DNA of 37,792 nucleotides, taken from NCBI GenBank assembly GCA_049969375.1, contig JBMFOY010000001.1:1-37792 (forward strand), given 5' to 3'. The notes under the pieces were generated by a model. That model did not search any database. It worked only from the letters and a program-made list of their open reading frames with translations, and was not told where the DNA came from. This document shows positions 30,462 through 37,792 of this stretch, in pieces (within the stretch, counting starts at the first letter, position 1; every line of letters begins with the position of its first letter). The position numbers and the translations under genes were made by a program. Origin of the DNA: Halothiobacillaceae bacterium (lineage in GTDB: Bacteria; Pseudomonadota; Gammaproteobacteria; Halothiobacillales; Halothiobacillaceae).

Positions 30462-31678
30462 TCCAACCGCCCGCTGCGCGCAGCCCACGGCAGATCCCCG
30501 GCGCGCCCGGTGGCCCGGCGGGTCAGCAGGCGGCGCAGCGACGGCAGGTCGTTCGCCGCGCGCAAGGCCAGGCCACGCAGCCACGGCAGGGGCCCGCGCG
30601 CAGGCTTGAAGGCGTGGTGAAACACGTCCATGGCCGTCTGCATCAGCAGGTTCTCGCCCCGCCGCCAGCGCTCGTAGCGCTGCAGCACGTGGAGGGCGCC
30701 GATGTCCTCGTTGACATCACGCGTCTTCGTCAGAACCTCGGCCAGCGCGGCCACGTCCATGAATCCGAGGTTGACGCCCTGCCCGGCCAGCGGATGGATG
30801 GTGTGCGCGGCATCGCCCGCCAGCACCAGGCGTGGCTTACAGTACTGCTTGGCGTGGCGGCGAGTGAGTCGGAAGCTGCCGCGCTCCAGCAGCGCCTCGA
30901 CCCCGCCCAGCTCGGATGGGAAAGCGCGCAGCAGTTCCTCCACGAAGGATTCGTCATCCAGCGCCTTCAGGCGTGCCACCTCGTCCGGCGCGGTGTACCA
31001 CACCAGCGAGGCATGCGGGCCGGACAGCGGCAGCAGGGCCTGCGGCCCGCTCGGGGTAAAACGCTGCCAGGTGATGTCCTGCTGCGGCGCGGAGGTTTTA
31101 ACCGTGGCGACCAGGGCCTCGACGTCGTAATCCCAACTGGTCAGGCCGATACGGGCCAGCTCGCGCAGACGCGAATGCGCGCCGTCCGCCCCGACCACCA
31201 GCTGCGCAAGCACGCCGCTGCCGTCGCTGAGGCGGGCGAACACGCCGTCCTCGCGGATGTCCAAGGACTCCAGCCGCGCCGGGCAGTGCCAGCGCACGGT
31301 CTCCAGCCCCTCGGCGGCACGCCACAAGGCCAGCTGAAGCAGGCGATTCTCGACGATGTGACCGAGCGTCGGCTCGCCGATGTCGCGGGAATCGAAGGTG
31401 GTCTCGCCCGGCCCCTCGCGATCCCACACGCGCATGCGGCGGAACGGCGCCGCCCGCATGGCGAGCACGTGCCGCCACGCGTCAACCGCCTCGAGGAAGG
31501 TCTGCGAGGCAAGGCTGACGGCCGACACGCGCAGATCGAGCGGCTGCTCCGGCGCAAAGGGCTCGGGCGCCTGCGTCTCGACCACATGCACCTCGAACCC
31601 GGAGCGACCGAGCGCGCAGGCGAGGGCGGCGCCCACCATGCCACCGCCAATGATCAGGACATCCGCGTGCTGTTCCAT
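30458..31678 (-). CDS. UbiH/UbiF/UbiI-family FAD-dependent ubiquinone hydroxylase (UbiF-like sequence at the ubiI position)
   Basis: GGGMVG, DLRVSA, GADGAHS, TWQRFTPSGP and GDAAHTIHPLAGQGVNLG. Confidence 0.9.
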   Translation of the reverse strand: MEQHADVLIIGGGMVGAALACALGRSGFEVHVVETQAPEPFAPEQPLDLRVSAVSLASQTFLEAVDAWRHVLAMRAAPFRRMRVWDREGPGETTFDSRDIGEPTLGHIVENRLLQLALWRAAEGLETVRWHCPARLESLDIREDGVFARLSDGSGVLAQLVVGADGAHSRLRELARIGLTSWDYDVEALVATVKTSAPQQDITWQRFTPSGPQALLPLSGPHASLVWYTAPDEVARLKALDDESFVEELLRAFPSELGGVEALLERGSFRLTRRHAKQYCKPRLVLAGDAAHTIHPLAGQGVNLGFMDVAALAEVLTKTRDVNEDIGALHVLQRYERWRRGENLLMQTAMDVFHHAFKPARGPLPWLRGLALRAANDLPSLRRLLTRRATGRAGDLPWAARSGRLE

Positions 31679-31682
31679 CGTC

Positions 31683-32867
31683 TCACCCCTTCAAGCCCAT
31701 CATCTGCTGAAGGAAACCGGCGCGCAGCGGCAGTATGGCATCCAGCGCCACCAGGGCCAGGCCCTTGAGCGCCCTAGGCACCGGCACGGCGCGGGTGAAG
31801 CCGCGCGCGAGCAGGTCCATCAGCGGGTAGCTTACGGCGTAATCCGCCCCGCGCGCGGTGGCATAGGCGGCCAGCACGGAGGCCGAGCCGATGTCGCGCC
31901 CCTCCTGCCGCGCCCGGCTCACCTCGCCCAGCAGTACGCGAATATCACGCAGGCACAGGTTCAATCCCTGCCCGGCCACCGGGTGCAGGGCATGCGCGGC
32001 ATTGCCGAGCACTACCGCGCGCGGTGCGGTCACGGCATTCGCGGTCACGGCACGCAGCGGATAGGCATGGCGCGGCCCGGTTGTCATGAAACACCCCAGA
32101 CGGGGGCCAAAACGTCCGCCGAGCTCATCGAGGAAGGCGCCGTCCGCAAGTCCCATGCGCCGCTCCGCATCCCCTGCCGGAGTCACCCACACCAGCGAAT
32201 AATGGCTGCCCCCCATGGGCAGCAGGGCAATCGGTCCCTCGTCGGTGAAGCGCTCGAAGGCGGTACGGGGCTCCGGCCGCTCCACTGCCACCCTTGAGAG
32301 GATCGCGGTCTGACCGTAATCACGTTCATTGACCGGCAGGTCCAAGGCCGTCCGCACGGTGGAGCCGGCACCATCGGCGGCGACCAGCAAGCGGGCATGC
32401 AGCAACTGTTCGCCTTCTGGCGTGGTGAAGCGAAGCACCACGCCATCGCCCCGCACCTCGTGCGCGATATAGCGGGCGGGGGCCTGCCAGTGCACCCCGC
32501 TGGCCTTGGCCGCGGCCAGCAGCACCGGGGCCATGAGGGCGGAGTCCAGCACCTGACCGAGCGCGGCGACGCCTTCCTCGCGCGCGGCGAAACGTGCGCT
32601 GCCCCAGGCCCCGCGCAGGGAGACGTGGATGTGCTCGATCGGCTCGGCCTGGGCCGCCAGGGCATCCCACAGCCCCCAGCCGGCCAGCAGCCGCCGCCCG
32701 CCCTCCGCTAGGGCGATGGCCCGGCCGTCGAAGCCCGTACTCCCCACCGGGGCGCCAGCCGGAATGGTCTCTTTCTCCAACACGGCCACCGCAAAGCCCT
32801 CACGCGCCAGCACGTTGGCCAGAACGGCGCCGACCGGCCCGCCGCCGACGATGGCGACATCAAACAT
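31683..32867 (-). CDS. ubiH: 2-octaprenyl-6-methoxyphenol hydroxylase UbiH
   Basis: FDGRAIALA, IHVS, AFERFTDEGPIALLP and GNAAHALHPVAGQGLNL; follows pepP. Confidence 0.9.
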   Translation of the reverse strand: MFDVAIVGGGPVGAVLANVLAREGFAVAVLEKETIPAGAPVGSTGFDGRAIALAEGGRRLLAGWGLWDALAAQAEPIEHIHVSLRGAWGSARFAAREEGVAALGQVLDSALMAPVLLAAAKASGVHWQAPARYIAHEVRGDGVVLRFTTPEGEQLLHARLLVAADGAGSTVRTALDLPVNERDYGQTAILSRVAVERPEPRTAFERFTDEGPIALLPMGGSHYSLVWVTPAGDAERRMGLADGAFLDELGGRFGPRLGCFMTTGPRHAYPLRAVTANAVTAPRAVVLGNAAHALHPVAGQGLNLCLRDIRVLLGEVSRARQEGRDIGSASVLAAYATARGADYAVSYPLMDLLARGFTRAVPVPRALKGLALVALDAILPLRAGFLQQMMGLKG

Positions 32868-34179
32868 ACGGCACGATCTCCTCTAGCGCTTCGATCGACT
32901 TGGGCGCATCCGCGGTCAACACCTCGCAGCCCTCGCGGGTGACCAGCACGTCGTCCTCGATGCGGATGCCCATGTTGCGGAAGGCCTTCGGCACGTCGCG
33001 CCCGGCGTCGATGTACAGCCCCGGCTCCACGGTCAGGACCATGCCGGGCTCCAGCGGCCGCCAGGCGCCATCCACCTTGTAGGCGCCGACGTCGTGCACG
33101 TCCATGCCCAGCCAGTGCCCGGTGCGGTGCATGTAGAAGCGCTTGTAGGCCTCCTTCTCGATCAGCCGGTCGACCTTGCCCTTGAGCAGCCCAAGATCGA
33201 CCAGCCCCTCGGTCAACACGCGCACCGCCGCCTGGTGCGGGGCATCCCAGCTTGCGCCGGGGCGGACCGCATCGATCGCCGCCTGCTGCGCTGCCAGCAC
33301 CACGGCATACAGCTCGCGCGCAGCGGGGGAAAATCGCCCGCCGACGGGGAGGGTGCGGGTGATGTCGCCGCAGTAGCCCCCCCACTCGCAGCCTGCATCC
33401 ACCAGCACCAGCTCGCCCTTCCTCAGCATGTCGCGGTTCTCGGTGTAGTGCAGGATGCAGGCGTTGGCCCCGCCGGCGACGATGGAGGGAAAGGACGGCT
33501 CGCCGCCGTGCACGCGGAAGGTGTGCAGCAGCTCGGCCTCCAGTGCGTGCTCCGGCATATCCGGGCGCAGGGCCTGCATCACCCGCCGGTGGGCGAGCGC
33601 GGTCACCCGGCAGGCCTCGCGCAGCACGTTGGCCTCGTCCTCGTCCTTGAACAGCCGCATCTCGTGCACCAGCGGGGCGAGGTCAAGCCAGCCGGCCGGG
33701 GCCTTCACCCCCGCGCGCTGCTGACGCCGCACCGTGGCCAGCCAGCCAAACAGGCGTTGGGCGAAGTGGCCGTCATCCAGCGGGGCATAGAACTGCTCCC
33801 GCCCGGCGAGCAAGGCCGGCAAGCGTTCGTCCAGCTCATCAATGGCATAAGCCTGATCGGCCCCGTACAGCTTGCGCGCCCCTTCCACCCCTGCACGGCG
33901 CCCCTCCCAGCGCTCACGCTCGGCATCACGCGGGCGCACGAACAGGATGAACGGTCCCTCCTCGTGCCCCGGCGCCAGCACCAGCACGGCATCGGGTTCG
34001 TCGAAGCCGGTCAGGTAGCGGAAGTCGCTGTCTTGGCGGAAGGGATAGTGGGTGTCGCGGTTGCGCACCCGCTCGGCGGCGGCCGGCAGGATGGCGATGC
34101 CCTCCGGCCCCAACTGTGCCAGCAGGCGCTTGCGGCGGCGGGCGAAGTGTTTCTTGTCGAGAAGGGGGTGGATCGACAT
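32860..34179 (-). CDS. pepP: Xaa-Pro aminopeptidase
   Basis: FRQDSDFRYLTGF, ILHY, DAG...DITRT, HWLGMDVHDVG, TVEPG and RIEDD; start ATG 34179. Confidence 0.96.
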   Translation of the reverse strand: MSIHPLLDKKHFARRRKRLLAQLGPEGIAILPAAAERVRNRDTHYPFRQDSDFRYLTGFDEPDAVLVLAPGHEEGPFILFVRPRDAERERWEGRRAGVEGARKLYGADQAYAIDELDERLPALLAGREQFYAPLDDGHFAQRLFGWLATVRRQQRAGVKAPAGWLDLAPLVHEMRLFKDEDEANVLREACRVTALAHRRVMQALRPDMPEHALEAELLHTFRVHGGEPSFPSIVAGGANACILHYTENRDMLRKGELVLVDAGCEWGGYCGDITRTLPVGGRFSPAARELYAVVLAAQQAAIDAVRPGASWDAPHQAAVRVLTEGLVDLGLLKGKVDRLIEKEAYKRFYMHRTGHWLGMDVHDVGAYKVDGAWRPLEPGMVLTVEPGLYIDAGRDVPKAFRNMGIRIEDDVLVTREGCEVLTADAPKSIEALEEIVPYV

Positions 34180-34198
34180 GACAGACCCTCGCGGAACG

Positions 34199-34777
34199 TC
34201 AGTGCAGGGTTCGGGAACCGGCCTGCGGCCAGGCACCCGCCGCTTGGGCCTTCGCATCGGCCGCGGGCTCGGGGCGTGGATGGAGGGTCTCATGCAGCAG
34301 CAGCACCCCCACGCGCAGGTACTCGACCAGATCGCTGTAGGCCTGCTCGTCCTCCTCGGTGTCCTCACCCAGGTCGAAGCTCGCCTGGGCAAACTGGTGG
34401 ATATCGCGCAGGACCTCGGCCGCCTCTTCCGGCAACTTCCCCGGGTCGCGCCCCCCGGCCACACCATAGCCATGGAGAAAACCCTGGCACCAGTCGTGCA
34501 GGGCCTCGGCGCGCTCCTCTAGGGACGCATCGTCCTCGGGGAGCATCAGATCGAAGGTGCCAGTCACGTCAGCCAGGCTCGCCACCGTCTCGGCATGCAG
34601 CTCGCGCACGGGCTCCGGCACCTTGACCTGCGACTCATCTTCACGGATGGCCGACCACCAGTCCCCGAGTTCGGCCGCCCCCGCTGCACACAGCATCCCG
34701 GCGAGCACGCCATGCGCCTCGGCAGCCTGCACCGCCGCATCGTCCAGGGCCTCGTCGACCCGCTCGAATTCCACCAT
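34199..34777 (-). CDS. ygfB: UPF0149 family protein (YgfB-like)
   Basis: AEAHGVLAGMLC, WCQGFLHGYG and LVEYLRVG; upstream of pepP. Confidence 0.88.
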   Translation of the reverse strand: MVEFERVDEALDDAAVQAAEAHGVLAGMLCAAGAAELGDWWSAIREDESQVKVPEPVRELHAETVASLADVTGTFDLMLPEDDASLEERAEALHDWCQGFLHGYGVAGGRDPGKLPEEAAEVLRDIHQFAQASFDLGEDTEEDEQAYSDLVEYLRVGVLLLHETLHPRPEPAADAKAQAAGAWPQAGSRTLH

Positions 34778-34937
34778 GAGCTGCTCCTCGCCTGCCGTTA
34801 GTCTCTATGCCACATCCTACCACGCACGCCTACCCGGGGCTGTCGACTGGCTCGCACCCCGGCCGGTTGCACAACGCTGACCCGCGACCTAAGATTTTTG
34901 CTTTATCTAGGCGGCGCCACGGCCGTTGGAGAACGCG

Positions 34938-35159
34938 ATGCAGCGCATCATCACACAAGAAGAGTGGCAGGAACTCGAGGAGGGTGTCCTGCAGCTTGCC
35001 GAGCTGTGTGAAACCCTCAAGCGCGCCAACCAGCGGCTGGAGGATGACAACCGGCACCTGCGCGACGAGAAAATGCAACTGCAGGCCCTGCTTGGCGAGG
35101 CCGAGGCCCGTCTTGCCCCCGTCCTCGAACAGCTGCGCACCCTGGAGAGCCAAGCATGA
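34938..35159 (+). CDS. Small coiled-coil protein (TIGR02449/ZapB-like)
   Basis: Heptad-rich 73-aa ORF with a GGAG SD; ATGA overlap with zapA. Confidence 0.78.
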   Translation: MQRIITQEEWQELEEGVLQLAELCETLKRANQRLEDDNRHLRDEKMQLQALLGEAEARLAPVLEQLRTLESQA

Positions 35160-35494
35160 GCACCGAACCCTCCATCCCCGTCGACATCACGATCCTCGAC
35201 AAGGAATACCGCGTCGCCTGCCCCGAAAGCGAGCGCGAGGCCCTGGAGCGCTCGGCCCGCTTCCTCGACGGCAAGATGCGCGAGATCCGCCACACCGGCA
35301 AGGTCATCGGCAACGACCGGGTGGCCGTCATGGCCGCCCTCAACATCACCCACGAACTGTTGCAGCTACGCGCCGGCCACGCCCCGGCGGCGACGGGCGA
35401 CACCCTGTCGGCCTCGTTGGAAGTACAAGCGCTGAGTCAGCGCATCCGCGAGACCCTTGAACGTTGCAAACCAGCCGGGACTGGTCTAACCTGA
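35156..35494 (+). CDS. zapA: Cell division protein ZapA
   Basis: ILDKEYRVACP, LDGKMREIR and VMAALNITHELL. Confidence 0.93.
   Translation: MSTEPSIPVDITILDKEYRVACPESEREALERSARFLDGKMREIRHTGKVIGNDRVAVMAALNITHELLQLRAGHAPAATGDTLSASLEVQALSQRIRETLERCKPAGTGLT
35464..35492 (+). promoter_or_regulatory. sigma70-type promoter of ssrS inside the zapA 3' end
   Basis: TTGCAA-17 nt-TAACCT, ending 8 nt before the predicted 6S terminal stem. Confidence 0.6.
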
Positions 35495-35500
35495 ACCTAA

Positions 35501-35679
35501 GTCTTCTGGAGCGTGCGCCAGTAGCCCAATCCCCTTGAGCCTTAATGCACCTCCTTGGGGATGGCCCCTAGAGCCGTGTGCATGTCCGCCCCGCGCGGAA
35601 AGCCTGACGCTCTCACCGCCCTCCCCGACTTGAACCGCTCGGTTCAAGGTACCCGGCCAACAGCGGCGCCCTGGAAGAC
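35501..35679 (+). ncRNA. ssrS: 6S RNA
   Basis: About 180 nt between zapA and ygfA. Ends pair (GTCTTC...GAAGAC). Conserved-looking CCTTGAGCC, GGAAAGCC and CTTGAACC-GCTC-GGTTCAAG segments. Confidence 0.9.
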
Positions 35680-35689
35680 CCTCCCTCCC

Positions 35690-36283
35690 ATGCCTCCCTC
35701 CTCCCGCAAAGAACTCCGCCAGCCCCTTCGCCGCAGCCGCCGTGCGCTGCAAGGACTGGACCGCGTCTGGCGCGAAGCCGCCATCCTCGAAGCCCTGCGC
35801 CTGCACCCCATTTTCCGGCACGCCCGCCGCATCGCCCTGTTTTGGCCCACCGACGGTGAGGTCGATCTGCGCCCGCTGGCGTCGCTTGCCCGCTCCCGCC
35901 AAGACCTCTACCTGCCTATTCTCGCCCAAGGCTCGCGCCTGCGCTTCGCCCCCTGGCAGCTGGGCCATCCACTGCGCCCGAACCGCTTCCGCATCCCCGA
36001 GCCCCGCCACCGCGTCACCGACCTGCTGAACGCGCGCGAGCTCGACCTCATCCTCATGCCCCTGGTCGGCTTCGACGATGCCGGCAACCGCCTGGGCATG
36101 GGCGGCGGCTTCTACGACCGCACCCTCGCCTTCCGCCACGCCCGCCGGCGCTGGCGCAAGCCCCTGCTGCTCGGGGTGGCCTTCGGCCTGCAGCGCTGCC
36201 CACCCCTCCCGGCCGAGCGCTGGGATGTGCCGCTGGATGGCATCGTCACCGAGGACGGGGTACGCTTGTTTCATCGCTTTTGA
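35690..36283 (+). CDS. ygfA: 5-formyltetrahydrofolate cyclo-ligase
   Basis: DGEVDL, NRFRIPEP, PLVGFD...RLGMGGGFYDR and WDVPLD; start ATG 35690. Confidence 0.95.
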   Translation: MPPSSRKELRQPLRRSRRALQGLDRVWREAAILEALRLHPIFRHARRIALFWPTDGEVDLRPLASLARSRQDLYLPILAQGSRLRFAPWQLGHPLRPNRFRIPEPRHRVTDLLNARELDLILMPLVGFDDAGNRLGMGGGFYDRTLAFRHARRRWRKPLLLGVAFGLQRCPPLPAERWDVPLDGIVTEDGVRLFHRF

Positions 36284-36294
36284 CGGAACCCGAC

Positions 36295-36746
<452 letters not shown>

Positions 36747-36750
<4 letters not shown>

Positions 36751-36807
36751 GGGTGGTCCCTGAACCGCGATCTTCTGCCTCAATCGCGGCCCAGGGGCCG
36801 CTCCTAC
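36747..36807. repeat. GTAG-type REP doublet with a degenerate left copy
   Basis: Minus-strand GTAGGA-GCGGCCC-CT-GGGCCGC-GAT (36783-36807) and decayed plus-strand ATAGGGGTGGTCCCTGAACCGCGAT (36747-36771). Confidence 0.75.
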
Positions 36808-36820
36808 AAGACATCCCCAC

Positions 36821-37792
36821 ATGAGCATCACCCGCGATTACCTCGAACGCATCCTTACCGCCCGCGTCTACGACGTGGCGGTCGAGAGCCCGCTCGACCC
36901 GATGCCGCAGCTATCCGCGCGCCTCGGCCACCGCGTGCTGCTCAAGCGCGAGGACCTGCAGCCGGTGTTCTCGTTCAAGCTGCGCGGCGCCTACAACAAG
37001 ATCCACCACCTGCACTCGCGCGACGAGCTGAGCGCGGGCGTGATCGCCGCCAGCGCGGGCAACCACGCCCAGGGCGTGGCCCTCGCCGCTGAGCGTCTGG
37101 GCCTGCGCGCGGTGATCGTCATGCCCGCCACCACCCCGGACATCAAGGTCAATGCCGTGCGCCGGCGCGGCGGCGAGGTGGTGCTGCACGGGGACGCCTA
37201 CGACGAGGCCTATGCCCACGCCCGCACGCTGGCCGCCTCCGAGGGACTGACCTTCATCCATCCGTTCGACGACCCCGAGGTGATCGCCGGTCAGGGCACC
37301 ATCGGCATGGAGATCCTGCGCCAGCATCCGGACGCCATCGAGGCGGTGTTCGTGCCGGTCGGCGGCGGCGGGCTGATCGCCGGCATCGCCGCCTACCTCA
37401 AGCACCTGCGCCCGGCCATCCGCATCATCGGCGTGGAGCCCGAGGACGCCGCCTGCATGCACGCGGCCCTCGCCGCCGGCGAGCGCGTCCTCCTGCCGCA
37501 GGTCGGCCTGTTCGCCGACGGCGTGGCCGTGCGGCAGGCGGGCGAGGAGACCTTCCGCATCGCGCGCGAGTGCGTGGACGAGGTGATCCTGGTCAGCACC
37601 GACGAGATCAGTGCCGCGATCAAGGACATTTTCGACGACACTCGGGCCATCGCCGAGCCGGCCGGGGCGCTCGCCATTGCGGGCCTCAAGCGCTATGTGA
37701 GCCGCGCCCCCCGGGCCGATCGCATGGAACGGGCCCCTCTCATCGCCATCAACTCCGGTGCCAACATGAACTTCGACCGCCTGCGCCACATC
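36821..37792 (+). CDS. ilvA: Biosynthetic threonine ammonia-lyase, truncated by the window end
   Basis: Hand translation from ATG 36821: MSITRDYLERILTARVYDVAVESPL...KREDLQPVFSFKLRGAYNKI...ASAGNHAQG...PVGGGGL...SGANMNFDRLRH. It is missing from the ORF track because there is no stop in the window. Confidence 0.97.
   Translation, partial: MSITRDYLERILTARVYDVAVESPLDPMPQLSARLGHRVLLKREDLQPVFSFKLRGAYNKIHHLHSRDELSAGVIAASAGNHAQGVALAAERLGLRAVIVMPATTPDIKVNAVRRRGGEVVLHGDAYDEAYAHARTLAASEGLTFIHPFDDPEVIAGQGTIGMEILRQHPDAIEAVFVPVGGGGLIAGIAAYLKHLRPAIRIIGVEPEDAACMHAALAAGERVLLPQVGLFADGVAVRQAGEETFRIARECVDEVILVSTDEISAAIKDIFDDTRAIAEPAGALAIAGLKRYVSRAPRADRMERAPLIAINSGANMNFDRLRHI

Noticed and set aside
35555-35689. 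N-terminal extension of the ygfA ORF
   Set aside because: It overlaps the 6S RNA; homology starts near ATG 35690.
36911-37789. 292-aa minus-strand ORF at the window end
   Set aside because: Antisense to ilvA, which is clearly encoded on the plus strand.

Overview
GC-rich chromosomal window of a gammaproteobacterium; gene order resembles Chromatiales/Xanthomonadales/Pseudomonas, which is an inference. It is almost entirely core genome: a decayed hypothetical gene, ampD-ampE-phosphatase-RpfE-like-recJ, rep, rplM-rpsI, a GlcF-like Fe-S protein, rpe-gph-trpEGDC-osmC-speD, cytochrome c, groESL with a CIRCE box and sigma32 promoter, two tandem REC-REC-GGDEF genes, cutA-dsbD-tlpA-aroQ-accBC-prmA, ygfB-pepP-ubiH-ubiF/I-K+ channel, zapB-like-zapA-6S RNA-ygfA-EVE, and a partial ilvA. 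I saw no CRISPR array, tRNA, rRNA, integrase or transposase. The unexplained signal is mostly intergenic. (1) A self-contained ~83-nt small-RNA candidate upstream of rplM shares an 11-nt motif with the rplM ribosome-binding region. (2) A family of structured MITE-like repeats (3 copies) has a covarying hairpin showing a CsrA/RsmA-type GGA loop. (3) An unannotated two-Trp leader peptide is coupled to the gph stop codon ahead of trpE. (4) An active and a degenerate diguanylate cyclase are encoded as a pair. All identifications were made by eye; no searches were run.
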